This document shows, piece by piece, positions 49,965-61,323 of a DNA stretch of 64,000 bases. The position numbers were made by a program, and so were the translations under genes. Source of the stretch: Alphaproteobacteria bacterium (lineage in GTDB: Bacteria > Pseudomonadota > Alphaproteobacteria > UBA828). The notes under the pieces were generated by a model. That model had not been told where the DNA came from. It searched no databases and saw only the letters and a program-made list of their open reading frames with translations. How positions within the stretch are numbered: position 1 is the first letter of the stretch; each line of letters begins with the position of its first letter. The stretch lies in the NCBI GenBank assembly GCA_963422645.2, contig CAXXVO010000007.1:800001-864000 (forward strand). Direction: 5' to 3'.

Positions 49965-50171
49965 CTATACCTCCGGCTTCTCCCTGGGCGGCCGGCGGGT
50001 CGCGGCCTCGACATCCTCGGCGCTCCAGCGCCGACCGTCGCGGGTGAGGAAGCCGCGAGCGTTGAGGTGCTGGGCCAGGGCCTCCGGGTCGCGCGCGCCG
50101 CGTGAGCGCGCGAACGCAAGCTCGGCCCGAATGCGGTCGGCGAAATAGTCGCTCTTTCTGCCCGTACTCAC
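49965..50171 (-). CDS. Small recombinase-domain-like HTH protein
   Basis: ALAQHLNARGFLTRDGRRWSAEDV resembles the DNA-binding recombinase domain of large serine recombinases. Confidence 0.55.
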   Translation of the reverse strand: MSTGRKSDYFADRIRAELAFARSRGARDPEALAQHLNARGFLTRDGRRWSAEDVEAATRRPPREKPEV

Positions 50172-50174
50172 GTC

Positions 50175-51089
50175 CTATTCCTTCCGCGACCAGGGACGCC
50201 GGGGCCGCCGTCCCCAGGGGCCGCTGCGGTCCCCCGGCGCAACGCCGCCGTTGGGCCGGCTGGGCGGGGGCTCCTGCCACGGCGCGTCGCCGTCGGCTTC
50301 GGGATCGGCGACCTCGTCGGCAGGCGGCTCCTCCCAGGGCCCCATTCCGGGGCTCTCGGCCGCAGGCGGCGGCTGGTAGGGCGTCCGCCTCCGGGAGCGT
50401 GAGTAACCGCGGTCGAAGAGCGGCACGCCGCGCTTGCGCATCGGCACCACCAGCAGCGCCCCGGCGGCGAAGCCGCCGATGTGGGCGTACCAGGCGACCC
50501 CACCCCCGGCCGGGCCGGCGACCAACGCGTTGAAGACCTGATAGCCGATCCAGAGCCCGAGCACCGCCCAGGCGGGGAAGCGGATCGGCATGAAGAAGAC
50601 CAGAATCCAGACGCCCCGCTTCGGGTGAAGCATGAAGTAGGCGCCGAGCACGCCGGAGACCGCGCCGCTCGCGCCGATGGTGGGGACCTGCGAGGCAGGC
50701 TCCACGGCTGCATGGGTGAGCCCCGCCACCGCGCCACAGAGCAGATAGAAGATCGCGAAGCGCCAGTGGCCCATCGCGTCTTCGACATTGTCGCCGAAAA
50801 TCCAGAGATAGAGCATGTTGCCGAACAGGTGCATGAAGCCCCCGTGCAGGAACATCGAGGTCACGATGGTGAGCCAGGGGGTGATGGTCACCATGTCGGG
50901 CTCGCGCCGGAGCTCGCCCAGCACGGTCACGGGGATCATGCCGAGGCGAAAGACCAGCTCGGCATCGAACTGATCCCCGCCCAGCCACTGGACCACCCAG
51001 ACGATGGTGCAGGCGAGGATCAGCGCCACCGTCACGAACTGGAAGCCGATGCGGTGGAGCGGATTGTCGTCCCTGAGCGGCAGAAACAT
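50175..51089 (-). CDS. Rhomboid family intramembrane serine protease
   Basis: TSMFLHGGFMHLFGNMLYLWIFGDNVED, GASGAVSG, AHIGGF. Confidence 0.93.
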   Translation of the reverse strand: MFLPLRDDNPLHRIGFQFVTVALILACTIVWVVQWLGGDQFDAELVFRLGMIPVTVLGELRREPDMVTITPWLTIVTSMFLHGGFMHLFGNMLYLWIFGDNVEDAMGHWRFAIFYLLCGAVAGLTHAAVEPASQVPTIGASGAVSGVLGAYFMLHPKRGVWILVFFMPIRFPAWAVLGLWIGYQVFNALVAGPAGGGVAWYAHIGGFAAGALLVVPMRKRGVPLFDRGYSRSRRRTPYQPPPAAESPGMGPWEEPPADEVADPEADGDAPWQEPPPSRPNGGVAPGDRSGPWGRRPRRPWSRKE

Positions 51090-51190
51090 CGGTCAGCTCC
51101 TGCCCCGGCAGCGGGGCCGGCGGTCGCGCCGGGGCCGCGTCAGAGTCTGCAGCATTATGGCGTCATTGCCGCAGGACCAGCGCCCGGCGT

Positions 51191-52654
51191 TCAGGCGTCG
51201 AGCTTCGCGCGCAGCGCCTCGTTCACCGCCTTCGGGTTGGCCTTGCCGCCTGAGGCCTTCATCACCTGGCCGACGAACCAGCCCGAGAGCTTCGTCTTGC
51301 CGCCGCGATAGTCAGCGACCCTGTCGGGATTCTCGGCGATCACCTGCTCCACGAGCGTCTCGATCGCGCCCGTGTCGCTGACCTGCCTGAGGCCCTCCTG
51401 CTCGATGATGGTGTCGGCGTCCTTGCCGGTCGAGACGATGGCCTCGAACACGTCCTTGGCCGCCCGGTTCGAAACGGTGCCGTCCGCCACCCGGTCGATC
51501 AACGCGCCGAGGGCAGCGGCAGCGACCGGGCTCTGCTCGATCCCGATCCCGGCCCGGTTGAGCGCGCCGAAGAGCGTGCCCGTGATCCAGTTGGCGGCCT
51601 GCTTGCCGTCGCGCCCCGCAGCCACTTCCTCGAAGTACTCCGCGATCTCGCGCTCCGCCACGAGCACGCCGGCGTCATAGGCCGAGAGGCCCAAGTCCGC
51701 CATGAAGCGCGCCTTCCGGGTGTCGGGCAGCTCCGGCAGTCGGGCGCGCTCGGCCTCCACCCAGGCGGGGTCGAGGGTGAGCGGCAACAGGTCGGGATCG
51801 GGGAAGTAGCGGTAGTCGTGGGCCTCTTCCTTGGAGCGCATGGAGCGCGTCTCGCCCCGCTCGGAATCGAAGAGGCGTGTCTCCAGCTCGATCGCGCCGC
51901 CCTCCTCCAGCACCCCGACCTGGCGCTCGGCCTCGATCTCGATCGCCCTCATGACGAAGCGGACCGAGTTGAGGTTCTTGACCTCGCAGCGCGTCCCCAG
52001 CTCCCCGCCCGGCCGACGCACCGAGACGTTGACGTCAGCGCGCAGCGAGCCCTGCTCCATGTTGCCGTCGCAGGTGCCGATGTAGCGCAGGATGGAGCGC
52101 AGCTTGCGCAGGTAGAGGCCGGCCTCCTCCGGGCTCCTGATGTCGGGCTCGGAGACGATCTCCATTAGTGCCACGCCGGCGCGGTTGAGGTCCACGCAGG
52201 TGGCGTCCGCGCGGCGGTCGTGGATGCTCTTGCCGGCGTCCATCTCCAGGTGCAGCCGGGTGATTCCGATGGTCCGCTGCGACCCGTCCTCCAGGTCGAG
52301 CGTGACCCGGCCCTCACCCACGATGGGTCGCGAATACTGCGAGATCTGATAGCCGGGCGGCAGGTCGGGGTAGAAATAGTTCTTGCGGTCGAACACCGAT
52401 GTCAGGTTGATCTCGGCCTCCAGCGCGAGCCCGGTGCGCACGGCTTGCGCCACGCAATGGCTGTTGATCACCGGCAGCATGCCGGGCATCGCGGCATCGA
52501 CGAGCGAAACCTGGGTGTTGGGCTCGGCGCCGAAGGCTGTGGGCGCGGTGGAGAAGAGCTTGGCCTCCGAGACCACCTGGGCGTGGATCTCCAGCCCGAC
52601 CGCGATCTCCCAGTCGCCGTCGCGGCCTCTGATCCGGTAGCCGCCCGCGCTCAC
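51191..52654 (-). CDS. gatB: Asp/Glu-tRNA amidotransferase subunit B
   Basis: [35 protein letters not shown]. Confidence 0.97.
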   Translation of the reverse strand: MSAGGYRIRGRDGDWEIAVGLEIHAQVVSEAKLFSTAPTAFGAEPNTQVSLVDAAMPGMLPVINSHCVAQAVRTGLALEAEINLTSVFDRKNYFYPDLPPGYQISQYSRPIVGEGRVTLDLEDGSQRTIGITRLHLEMDAGKSIHDRRADATCVDLNRAGVALMEIVSEPDIRSPEEAGLYLRKLRSILRYIGTCDGNMEQGSLRADVNVSVRRPGGELGTRCEVKNLNSVRFVMRAIEIEAERQVGVLEEGGAIELETRLFDSERGETRSMRSKEEAHDYRYFPDPDLLPLTLDPAWVEAERARLPELPDTRKARFMADLGLSAYDAGVLVAEREIAEYFEEVAAGRDGKQAANWITGTLFGALNRAGIGIEQSPVAAAALGALIDRVADGTVSNRAAKDVFEAIVSTGKDADTIIEQEGLRQVSDTGAIETLVEQVIAENPDRVADYRGGKTKLSGWFVGQVMKASGGKANPKAVNEALRAKLDA

Positions 52655-54138
52655 GCCGCGCCTCCCGCCCCGCTCCGGTTGGGGCGATGGCTGAAGCCGG
52701 CGGCGCTCTCCAGCACGCCGGCCGTGCGGAAGAGCGTGGGCTCGTCGAAGGGCCGCGCGATCAGGTGGAGGCCGAGCGGCAGCCCGTCGCCCGTAAGCCC
52801 GGCTGGCACCGAGATCGCGGGCAGGCCCGCGAGGCTCGCCGGCACCGTGAACACGTCGTTCAGGTACATGGCGATGGGGTCGTCCATCTTCTCGCCGATG
52901 GCGAAGGCGGCGAAGGGCGCGGTCGGCGTCAGCACCGCGTCCACGGTCTCGAAGGCGCTCTCAAAGTCGCGCGCGATCAGCGTCCGCACCTTCTGCGCCT
53001 TCAGGTAGTAGGCGTCGTAGTAGCCGGCCGAAAGCACGTAGGTGCCGATCAGGATGCGCCGCCTGACCTCGCGCCCGAAGCCCGCCGCGCGTGTCCTGGC
53101 GTACATCTCGGTGGAGTCGTCGCCCTCGACGCGCAGCCCGTAGCGGACCCCGTCATAGCGCGCGAGGTTGGAAGAGGCCTCCGCCGGCGCCACGATATAG
53201 TACGTGGGCAGCGCGTACTTGGTGAGCGGCAGTGAGATATCGACGACCTTCGCGCCTGCGTCGCGAAACCAGCGCACGCCCTCGGCCCAGAGCGCCTCGA
53301 TCTCCGCCGGCATGCCCTCCATCCGGTATTCCGCCGGCACGCCGATGGTGAGGTCGCGCACGTCGCCGGTGAGGCTCGCCCTGTAGTCGGGGACCGGGCG
53401 GTCGATGGAGGTCGAATCCTTGGGATCGTGGCCCGCCATCGCCTGCAGCATCAGCGCGGCGTCCTCGACCGTGCGCGTTAGCGGGCCGGCCTGGTCGAGC
53501 GAAGAGGCGAAGGCGATCATGCCCCAGCGCGAGCAGCGGCCGTACGTGGGCTTCATACCGACGATGCCGCAGAAGGCCCCCGGCTGGCGGATCGAGCCGC
53601 CGGTATCGGTCCCCGTGGCGCCGAGGCAGAGCCCCGCGGCCACGGCCGCCGCCGAGCCGCCGGAACTGCCGCCCGGAACCAGCGGCTTGTCCTCGCCCTG
53701 CCGGCGCCAGGGGTTGATGACCGGGCCGTCGGCGCTGGTCACGTTGGCCGAGCCCATGGCGAACTCGTCCATGTTGGTCTTGCCCAGCATGAGCGCGCCC
53801 GCGTCCCAGAGATTGGCGGTGACGGTCGATTCGTAGGGCGGCTCGAAGCCGTCGAGGATCTTGGAGCAGGCCTGGCTACGAACGCCGCGGGTGCAGAAGA
53901 GGTCCTTGACCGCGAGCGGGATACCTTCGAGCAGACGACCTTCGCCGGCCGCGAGCCGCGCATCGGCGGCATCCGCGTTGGCGCGCGCGGCGTCGAAGGT
54001 CTCGGCGACGAAGGCGTTGAGGTCGCGCCCGGCTTCGACGGCCGCGATATGCGCGTCGGTCAGTTCGCGCGCCGAGAACTTCCGCGCTGCAAGCCCGGCG
54101 CGGGCATCGGCGATGGTGAGCGCAGTCAGCGCGCTCAC
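52651..54138 (-). CDS. gatA: Asp/Glu-tRNA amidotransferase subunit A
   Basis: [35 protein letters not shown]. Confidence 0.97.
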   Translation of the reverse strand: MSALTALTIADARAGLAARKFSARELTDAHIAAVEAGRDLNAFVAETFDAARANADAADARLAAGEGRLLEGIPLAVKDLFCTRGVRSQACSKILDGFEPPYESTVTANLWDAGALMLGKTNMDEFAMGSANVTSADGPVINPWRRQGEDKPLVPGGSSGGSAAAVAAGLCLGATGTDTGGSIRQPGAFCGIVGMKPTYGRCSRWGMIAFASSLDQAGPLTRTVEDAALMLQAMAGHDPKDSTSIDRPVPDYRASLTGDVRDLTIGVPAEYRMEGMPAEIEALWAEGVRWFRDAGAKVVDISLPLTKYALPTYYIVAPAEASSNLARYDGVRYGLRVEGDDSTEMYARTRAAGFGREVRRRILIGTYVLSAGYYDAYYLKAQKVRTLIARDFESAFETVDAVLTPTAPFAAFAIGEKMDDPIAMYLNDVFTVPASLAGLPAISVPAGLTGDGLPLGLHLIARPFDEPTLFRTAGVLESAAGFSHRPNRSGAGGAA

Positions 54139-54422
54139 TCGATCACCTTGGGCACGACGAAGAAACCGTCGTCCGCCTCCGGTGCATTGGCCAGCAAGTC
54201 GTCGGTCGGTGCGCCAGCCGAAGCGTCGTCGTCCCGTTGCGGGAGCGTCGAGGCAATGGCGCCGGTCATCGGCTCGACGCCCTCGGTATCCACCTCGCCC
54301 AGCTGCTCGACCCAGGCGAGGATGCCGTTCAGCTCCTGCGCCATGGGCTCGAGCGCGTCCTCCTCCATCGCGATGCGCGAGAGGCGGGCGATCCGCACGA
54401 CGGTATCCTTGTCAATGCTCAT
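54135..54422 (-). CDS. gatC: Asp/Glu-tRNA amidotransferase subunit C
   Basis: [10 protein letters not shown]...FFVVPKVIE; upstream of gatA. Confidence 0.95.
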   Translation of the reverse strand: MSIDKDTVVRIARLSRIAMEEDALEPMAQELNGILAWVEQLGEVDTEGVEPMTGAIASTLPQRDDDASAGAPTDDLLANAPEADDGFFVVPKVIE

Positions 54423-55555
54423 TGCCGGCCCTGCTCCTGCCAGCGGGCGAGCACGTCGGGCGCGCTCACGTAGTCCACGGGCGGGCGCGGCGGCGGCGGC
54501 TTGCCGTCGATCCAGCCGGGGAAAAGAATCTCGTATGCGGGCGTCGGGTCATCGTGCCGGCGCAGCATCTGCCGCGCCTTGATCTGCGGGTGCTCCGGCA
54601 CGTCTTCCAGCCGATGAACCGGCTCGTAGCAGCAGTCGACGCCCTCCATCATCTCGTTCATCTCGTCGAGGGACTTGCCGCCCACGAAGGCGGCAACCTC
54701 GCCGATCAGCGCGTCCTGCGGCCGGGGCTCCCACTGGCGCCCGATCCATTCGGGCCGGCCGCAGGCGGTGCAGAAGTTGGCCCAGAACTTGTCCTCGAGC
54801 GCGCCCAGCGTGATGAAGCGGCCGTCGCTGGTTTCGTAGATGTTGTAGAAGGCCGCACCGCCGTTCGGGAACTGCGCGCCGCGCGCGGCATCCCATTCCT
54901 TGTGGAAGAGCCCGTTGAGCGCCCACACCTGCCAGGGCAGCACGGTCTCGGCGATGCTGACGTCGATGGCGGCGCCGCGCCCGCCTTCACTCCGACTACG
55001 GCCGATCAACCCGCCCATGATGCTGAGTGCAGCCTGCATCCCGCTCGCGAAATCGGCGGTGGGTGGGAAGGAGACGATCGGCCGCTCGGGCACGCCGGAG
55101 CGCTCCAGCCCGCCCATGAGCCCCATGTAGTTGATGTCGTGCCCGCCGCGCAGGCGATAAGGCCCTTCCAGGCCCCAACCCGAGAGCGAGCACGAAACTA
55201 TACCGGGGTTCATCTCGTGCAGCGCCTCGTGGCCGAAGCCGAGGCGGTCCAGCACGCCGGGCCGGTAGGATTCGAGGAATGCGTCGGACTGCTCCACCAG
55301 GGCGCGGAAGTCGCGCTTGCCGTCGTCCGACTTGAGGTCGATCTCCACCACGGTCTTGCCGCCGTTCACCATGCGGTACCAGATCGAGACGCCGGCTTCG
55401 TCCTTGGGCCCGACGCCCCGCATCGGCTCCCCGCCCGGCGGCTCGACCTTGATCACCTCGGCCCCGAGATCGGCCAGGATCAGTGTCCCGTACGGCCCGG
55501 GGATGTACTGGCTGAGGTCGAGGACCCTCAGCCCGGTGAGGAAGGGGATGGGCAC
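54419..55555 (-). CDS. Family III CoA-transferase (CaiB/BaiF)
   Basis: [34 protein letters not shown]. Confidence 0.9.
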   Translation of the reverse strand: MPIPFLTGLRVLDLSQYIPGPYGTLILADLGAEVIKVEPPGGEPMRGVGPKDEAGVSIWYRMVNGGKTVVEIDLKSDDGKRDFRALVEQSDAFLESYRPGVLDRLGFGHEALHEMNPGIVSCSLSGWGLEGPYRLRGGHDINYMGLMGGLERSGVPERPIVSFPPTADFASGMQAALSIMGGLIGRSRSEGGRGAAIDVSIAETVLPWQVWALNGLFHKEWDAARGAQFPNGGAAFYNIYETSDGRFITLGALEDKFWANFCTACGRPEWIGRQWEPRPQDALIGEVAAFVGGKSLDEMNEMMEGVDCCYEPVHRLEDVPEHPQIKARQMLRRHDDPTPAYEILFPGWIDGKPPPPRPPVDYVSAPDVLARWQEQGRQ

Positions 55556-55573
55556 CGCGCCGAGTGCAGCCGG

Positions 55574-57916
55574 TCAGGACGCGTATTCAGGCACGCGGGG
55601 GCGCTTGCCGGAGCCGCCGCGCCGGCCGGAACCGCCGCCGCCCTTGCGGCCGGATGCATCGGGTGCCGGGAAGCTGAATGTGAGCTTGCCGTCCTTGAGG
55701 CCAACCTGCACGCGCCCGCCCTTGGCCAGTTTGCCGAACAGGAGCTCGTCGGCGAGCGGCTTCTTGACTTCCTCCTGGATCAGCCGCGCGAGCGGCCGGG
55801 CGCCGTAGGTGGGATCGTAACCGTTTTCGGCAAGCCAGGTCCGCGCGGCCGCGCTCAGCTCGATCGTGACGTTGCGATCAGCAAGCTGCTCTTCCAGCTG
55901 GATGATGAACTTGTCCACCACGCGCACGATCACCTCCGGCGAGAGCGCGGCGAAGCGGATCACGGCATCGAGCCGGTTGCGGAACTCCGGCGCGAACATC
56001 CGCTTGATCGCCTCCTCGTCGTCGCCCTCGCGCTCCGTCCGGGCGAAGCCGATCGGCGGCTTGGCGAGCTCGGCGGCACCGGCGTTGGTGGTCATGATGA
56101 GGATGACGTTGCCGAAATCGACCGACTTGCCGTTGTGATCGGTTAGCTTCCCGTAGTCCATGATCTGCAGGAGGATGTTGAAGAGGTCGGGGTGCGCCTT
56201 CTCGATCTCGTCCAGCAGCAGGACCATGTGCGGGTTCTGGTCGGCAGCGTCGGTGAGCAGGCCGCCCTGATCGAAGCCGACGTAGCCGGGCGGCGCGCCG
56301 ATCAGGCGCGAGACCGAGTGCCGCTCCATGTACTCGCTCATGTCGAAGCGGACGAGCTCGACGCCCATCACGTGGGCAAGCTGGCGCGCGACCTCGGTCT
56401 TGCCGACCCCGGTCGGCCCGCTGAAGAGGTAGCAGCCGACCGGCTTGCCGGGCTCGCGCAGGCCCGCCCGGGACATCTTGATTGCGGTCGCCACTGCGGC
56501 GATCGCCTCGTCCTGGCCGAAGACCACGGTCTTCAGGTCGCGCTCCAGGCTCTCCAGGATCGTCTTGTCGCCCCGGCTCACGTTCTTGGGTGGGATCCGG
56601 GCGATCTTCGCCACCACGCCCTCGACGTCCTTCACGCCGACGGTCTTGCGCCGCTTCGATTCCGGCAGCAGGCGCTGCGAGGCGCCGACCTCGTCGATCA
56701 CGTCGATGGCCTTGTCGGGGAGCCTGCGGTCGTTGATGTAGCGGCTGGCGAGCTCGACGGCGGTGCGGATCGCCTCCGCCGTGTAGCGCACGCCGTGGTG
56801 CTCCTCGTAATAGGGCTTGAGCCCGCGCAGGATCTTGACCGTCTCGTCGACGCTTGGCTCGTTCACGTCGATCTTCTGGAAGCGCCGGACCAGCGCGCGG
56901 TCCTTCTCGAAGTAGTTGCGATATTCCCTGTAGGTGGTCGACCCGATGCAGCGCAGCGTGCCGCTCTGCAGCGCGGGCTTCAGCAGGTTCGAAGCATCCA
57001 TGGCACCGCCGCTGGTCGCGCCCGCGCCGATGACCGTGTGAATCTCGTCGATGAAGAGGATCGCGTTTTCGTGGGCCTCGATCTCGCCAAGCACCGCCTT
57101 GATCCGCTCCTCGAAGTCGCCGCGGTAGCGCGTGCCGGCGAGCAGCGCGCCCATGTCCAGCGCGAAGATCGTGGCGCCGTCGAGCACCTGCGGCACTTCG
57201 CCGTGTTCGATGCGCCGCGCCAGCCCTTCGGCGAGCGCCGTCTTGCCCACGCCCGCATCGCCGACATAGAGCGGGTTGTTCTTGGTGCGGCGGCAGAGCA
57301 CCTGGATGGTGCGCTCGATCTCGGCGTGGCGGCCGATCAGCGGGTCGATCCGCCCGGCATTGGCCTTGGCGTTCAGGTTGACGCAATAGGCATCGAGCGC
57401 CGCCGGCCCTTCCTTGACGATGTTCTCCTCGCGGGCGTCGTCGTCGGCGCCGGAGACGCCCTCGCCCGGTCCCGACTGGCCGGGGACCTTGGCGATCCGG
57501 TGCGAGATGTAGTTGACCGCGTCGTAGCGCGACATGTCCTGCTCTTGCAGGAAGTAGACCGCATGGGATTCGCGCTCGGAGAAGATCGCCACCAGGATGT
57601 TGGCGCCGGTGACCTCGGAATGGCCGGAGGACTGCACGTGCAGGACGGCGCGCTGGACCACCCGCTGGAAGCCTGTGGTGGGTTTGGCCTCGACCGCCTC
57701 CTCGGTGGCCAGGCTCTCCAGCTCTTCATCGATGAAGGTCTCGAGCTCGCGTTCGAGCCGCTCCAGATCGACGCCGCAGGCCTTGAACACGGCGATGGCG
57801 TCGGGATCCTCCAGCAGCGCGTAGAGCAGGTGTTCGAGGGTCGCAAACTCCTGCCGCCGCTCGACCGCAAGCGCCAGCGCGCGGTGCAGGCTCTTTTCGA
57901 GATCGCGGGAGAGCAT
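55574..57916 (-). CDS. clpA: ATP-dependent Clp protease ATPase subunit ClpA
   Basis: Two AAA modules (GDAGVGKT, GPTGVGKT) and RLIGAPPGYVGF; follows clpS. Confidence 0.97.
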   Translation of the reverse strand: MLSRDLEKSLHRALALAVERRQEFATLEHLLYALLEDPDAIAVFKACGVDLERLERELETFIDEELESLATEEAVEAKPTTGFQRVVQRAVLHVQSSGHSEVTGANILVAIFSERESHAVYFLQEQDMSRYDAVNYISHRIAKVPGQSGPGEGVSGADDDAREENIVKEGPAALDAYCVNLNAKANAGRIDPLIGRHAEIERTIQVLCRRTKNNPLYVGDAGVGKTALAEGLARRIEHGEVPQVLDGATIFALDMGALLAGTRYRGDFEERIKAVLGEIEAHENAILFIDEIHTVIGAGATSGGAMDASNLLKPALQSGTLRCIGSTTYREYRNYFEKDRALVRRFQKIDVNEPSVDETVKILRGLKPYYEEHHGVRYTAEAIRTAVELASRYINDRRLPDKAIDVIDEVGASQRLLPESKRRKTVGVKDVEGVVAKIARIPPKNVSRGDKTILESLERDLKTVVFGQDEAIAAVATAIKMSRAGLREPGKPVGCYLFSGPTGVGKTEVARQLAHVMGVELVRFDMSEYMERHSVSRLIGAPPGYVGFDQGGLLTDAADQNPHMVLLLDEIEKAHPDLFNILLQIMDYGKLTDHNGKSVDFGNVILIMTTNAGAAELAKPPIGFARTEREGDDEEAIKRMFAPEFRNRLDAVIRFAALSPEVIVRVVDKFIIQLEEQLADRNVTIELSAAARTWLAENGYDPTYGARPLARLIQEEVKKPLADELLFGKLAKGGRVQVGLKDGKLTFSFPAPDASGRKGGGGSGRRGGSGKRPRVPEYAS

Positions 57917-57923
57917 GCGCCGG

Positions 57924-58250
57924 TTACTCCTTCTCCATCGTGCACTGCAGCGGGTGCTCGTTGCGCCGCGCGAATTCGCAGACCTGCTTCACCTTGGTCT
58001 CCGCGACCTCATAGGAATAGACGCCGCAGACGCCCACACCCCGCCGGTGCACATGGAGCATGATCGTCGTCGCCCGCTGCTCGTCCATCCCGAAAAACCG
58101 CATCAGCACGATGACCACGAACTCCATCGGCGTGTAGTCGTCGTTCAGCAGCAAGACCTTGTACATCGACGGCTTCTTGGTCTCGCTGCGGGACTTCGTG
58201 ATGACCGAGGAATCGTCGCCGGGCCGTCCGGTTGTCCGTTGATCCGACAT
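57924..58250 (-). CDS. clpS: Clp protease adaptor ClpS
   Basis: [24 protein letters not shown]. Confidence 0.97.
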   Translation of the reverse strand: MSDQRTTGRPGDDSSVITKSRSETKKPSMYKVLLLNDDYTPMEFVVIVLMRFFGMDEQRATTIMLHVHRRGVGVCGVYSYEVAETKVKQVCEFARRNEHPLQCTMEKE

Positions 58251-58262
58251 CGCTCACGTCAT

Positions 58263-58324
58263 CCCGCGTTCGCCACGCGAACGACACCCCGCGTTCGCCA
58301 CGCGAACGACACCCCGCGTTCGCC
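58263..58324. repeat. 2.5 x 25-bp tandem repeat with internal palindrome in the clpS leader
   Basis: CCCGCGTTCGCCACGCGAACGACAC at 58263 and 58288, partial at 58313. Confidence 0.9.
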
Positions 58325-58375
58325 GCGCGTGCCGAGCCGCACTATAACATGGGGAGCAGAACAGGACGCGCAACG

Positions 58376-58798
58376 TCAGCCGACGATATCGGTCTCAGCG
58401 AAGAAGAACGCGATCTCGATAGCCGCGTTCTCCGGCGAATCCGAGCCGTGCACTGAGTTGGCCTCCACCGACTCGCCGAAGTCCTTGCGGATGGTTCCCT
58501 CGTCGGCGTTGGCCGGGTTGGTCGCCCCCATGATCGTGCGGTTAGCCTCGACCGCGTTCTCGCCCTGCAGCACCTGAACCACGACGGGGCCCGAGGTCAT
58601 GAAGGCGCAGAGGTCGCCGTAGAACGCGCGTTCCTTGTGGACCTCGTAGAAGGCGCGCGCCTGGGTCTCCGTCAACCTGACCCGGCGCTGGGCGACGATG
58701 GAAAGACCGGCTTCCTCGAAGCGCTGGTTGATGGCGCCCGTCAGGTTGCGGCGGGTGGCATCGGGCTTGATGATCGAAAGGGTGCGCTGGGTCGCCAT
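58376..58798 (-). CDS. ndk: Nucleoside diphosphate kinase
   Basis: [18 protein letters not shown]. Confidence 0.97.
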   Translation of the reverse strand: MATQRTLSIIKPDATRRNLTGAINQRFEEAGLSIVAQRRVRLTETQARAFYEVHKERAFYGDLCAFMTSGPVVVQVLQGENAVEANRTIMGATNPANADEGTIRKDFGESVEANSVHGSDSPENAAIEIAFFFAETDIVG

Positions 58799-58881
58799 GG
58801 GTTCTCCCCCGTGCTGTGACGGCGGGCCCTTATAGAGTTTGGGCACCCGAGCGGCAACGGCGGGAATGGGCGTGCGAGCCG

Positions 58882-59340
58882 CTACCGGCGCACTTCGAAG
58901 AAACGCCGCAGCAGCTCCGCGGCGCGCGCCTCCTGCACGCCGCCGATGACCTCGGGCCGGTGGTGGCAGGTGGGCTGCTGGAAGATGCGTGCGCCGTGCT
59001 CGACCCCGCCGCCCTTGGGGTCGGCGGCGCCGAAGTAGAGCCGGCGCAGCCGGGCGAAGGCGATCGCCTGGGCGCACATGGCGCAGGGCTCCAGCGTGAC
59101 GTAGATGTCGCAATCCACGAGCCGCGCCGTGCCCCGTGTGGCTGCGGCGGCACGGATGGCCAGCATCTCGGCGTGCGCCGTCGGGTCGTGCGTCGCTTCG
59201 GTCTCGTTGCCGGCCCGCGCCAGCACCGCGCCGGTGCGCCCGTCGACCACGACCGCGCCCACCGGCACCTCGCCCCGATCACGCGCCGCCTCGGCCTCGG
59301 CCATGGCGAGATCCATGGGGAAGGGCGATTCACTTAGCAT
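58882..59340 (-). CDS. tadA: tRNA adenosine deaminase
   Basis: [24 protein letters not shown]. Confidence 0.9.
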   Translation of the reverse strand: MLSESPFPMDLAMAEAEAARDRGEVPVGAVVVDGRTGAVLARAGNETEATHDPTAHAEMLAIRAAAATRGTARLVDCDIYVTLEPCAMCAQAIAFARLRRLYFGAADPKGGGVEHGARIFQQPTCHHRPEVIGGVQEARAAELLRRFFEVRR

Positions 59341-59452
59341 GGCCGCAGGGTCCAGCCGGTCCTTCGGCGGGTCAAGAGGGCGCGTTGCGGGCGCTGGTGC
59401 AGGCTCGTGTCACTCGGTTGCGGCGGGCTCGCGGCACTCCTACAGTCCGCCG

Positions 59453-60166
59453 ATGGCAGCACCCGTCATCGGTCTCACCCTCGATTCCGAGCCGCCCGGC
59501 GGCTATTCCGGCGAGCCCTGGTACGCGATCCGCGAGAATTACTGCACAGCGGTCGCGGCGGCGGGCGGAATTCCGATCGCGCTGCCGCACGAGCCGGAGC
59601 TCGCGGAACGCTATCTGGAGACGGTGGACGGCCTGATCATCACCGGCGGCGCCTTCGACGTGGACCCAGCCCTCTTCGGCGCCGCGTCAAGGCACGAGAC
59701 CGTCACCACCAAGGACCGCCGCACCGCCTTCGAGCTTGCCATCACCCGCAACGCGCACCAGAGGGCGGTGCCCTCCCTCGGCATCTGCGGCGGACAGCAA
59801 CTGATGAACGTGGCGCTCGGCGGCACCCTCATCCAGCACATCCCGGACGCGGTACCCGATGCCTTGGCGCACGAGCAGCCCAACCCACGCACCGAGCCGG
59901 GCCACACGGTCTCGCTGGAAGCCGGCAGCGTGCTGCAGGCCATCGTCGGCAGCGACGCAATGCAGGTGAACAGCGCCCATCACCAGGCCGTCGCCGAGGC
60001 GGCCCCCGGCCTCGTGGTCAATGCGCTGGCGCCGGACGGCGTGATCGAGGGCATCGAGGACCCAATGCACCGCTGGTTCGTCGGCGTGCAGTGGCACCCG
60101 GAGTACGCGATCGACCCCGGCGATGCCCGTATCTTCCGCTCTCTAATCGAGGCTTGTGTGACTTAA
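59453..60166 (+). CDS. Peptidase C26 / gamma-glutamyl-GABA hydrolase family
   Basis: LGICGGQQLMNVALGG, VNSAHHQA, GVQWHPE. Confidence 0.9.
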   Translation: MAAPVIGLTLDSEPPGGYSGEPWYAIRENYCTAVAAAGGIPIALPHEPELAERYLETVDGLIITGGAFDVDPALFGAASRHETVTTKDRRTAFELAITRNAHQRAVPSLGICGGQQLMNVALGGTLIQHIPDAVPDALAHEQPNPRTEPGHTVSLEAGSVLQAIVGSDAMQVNSAHHQAVAEAAPGLVVNALAPDGVIEGIEDPMHRWFVGVQWHPEYAIDPGDARIFRSLIEACVT

Positions 60167-60200
60167 GATTCCGCGCGCGCCAGGCTTCGCGGGCGCGTGG

Positions 60201-60821
60201 CTACGGCCGCCAGCCGAAGGGCGCGTAGTGACCGTTGTGGCCCCCCGCCGCATCGTCCCAGTCGATGCCGAAGGCGTGGAGGTGGCTGTGGGTCCCGATG
60301 GCGAGGTGCAGGCGCTTGTTGGCGGGATGGGCCGTGTTGTCGATCATGATGGTCTCGGAGGGATCGGGCAGGCTGGGCACGCCCTCGGCCCCATGGCTGA
60401 GCAGGTCGCCGGCTGTGATCGAGAAGCCCATCTCCCGCCGCTCGATCTTGATCGGCGCCCGCTCGACGCCGGCGAAGGTGCCGATGAGCGGCGCCATCAA
60501 CGCCATCGGGCCGCCCTCGTCACCGGAGCAGATGCGGCCGATGGCCTCCACTTGGCTCTCGCTCGCCCGCTCGTCGATGATGAGACCGAGGGTCCAGTTG
60601 CCGTCGCCCATGGGTCCCGCCACCATCGCCGCGGTGACGAAGGCCACGCCGTCGAGGCGGGTGTCGCCGTAGTGCCCCTCCGCAATGTCCAGCACGATCA
60701 CGACCTCGCAGACGCCGTCGGTCGGCATCGCGGTCATGTTGGTGAAGATGCAGGGGCAGAGGTAATCGCAGCTGCAGGTCTCGAAATAGTCGCCCTTGAT
60801 GTGCCAGTCAGCCCCGCTCAT
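60201..60821 (-). CDS. DUF1326 family protein
   Basis: W.IKGDYFETCSCDYLCPC, GHYGDTRLDG, IDERASESQ. Confidence 0.8.
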   Translation of the reverse strand: MSGADWHIKGDYFETCSCDYLCPCIFTNMTAMPTDGVCEVVIVLDIAEGHYGDTRLDGVAFVTAAMVAGPMGDGNWTLGLIIDERASESQVEAIGRICSGDEGGPMALMAPLIGTFAGVERAPIKIERREMGFSITAGDLLSHGAEGVPSLPDPSETIMIDNTAHPANKRLHLAIGTHSHLHAFGIDWDDAAGGHNGHYAPFGWRP

Positions 60822-60878
60822 GGCCGTGCCCTCCATCGCTCCAACACATCACCATAGCACGGCCCGTGCGGACGGCGA

Positions 60879-61310
60879 TCAGAGAAGACCGAGAGCACGA
60901 AGCTCGGCCGCCATATCCGGCGGGAAGGCGTCCTCGGGAATTTCGACGGTACCCACCGGGCCGAGGTCGCGCGGCGCGGCGGAGCCCTCCAGGTAACGCC
61001 AGCCCTGGTGCGGGCGGCGGTGCACCGGGTCGGTGGCAATCAGCTCGGGATCGAGCACGATGGCGCACTTGGGCTTGCCTGCGGCCTTCGTCTCGTGACG
61101 GTCCAGGCCCAGAATGCGCTGGCGCACGCGAATACGGTGCCTGATGACCCAGTACATGGAACCGCCGGCCAGGATTTCCTCGGCCCGGCGCGGTCGGAAG
61201 CGGGTGACGTGGATCAGGCGGCCCAGCCGCTCAAGCCGCGCCGCCTGGACCGCGCGCAGGTGGTCGACGCCGTCGATACCGACCGCCAGCTTTAGCAGGT
61301 TGAGTGCCAC
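60879..61310 (-). CDS. DUF1489 family protein
   Basis: LLKLAVG, GGSMYWVI, HQGWRYL and terminal ELRALGLL. Confidence 0.85.
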   Translation of the reverse strand: MALNLLKLAVGIDGVDHLRAVQAARLERLGRLIHVTRFRPRRAEEILAGGSMYWVIRHRIRVRQRILGLDRHETKAAGKPKCAIVLDPELIATDPVHRRPHQGWRYLEGSAAPRDLGPVGTVEIPEDAFPPDMAAELRALGLL

Positions 61311-61323
61311 CACACTTTCGGGT

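Noticed and set aside
58263-58324. Palindromic direct repeats as a mini-CRISPR
   Set aside because: Units are directly adjacent with no spacers, and there are no cas genes.
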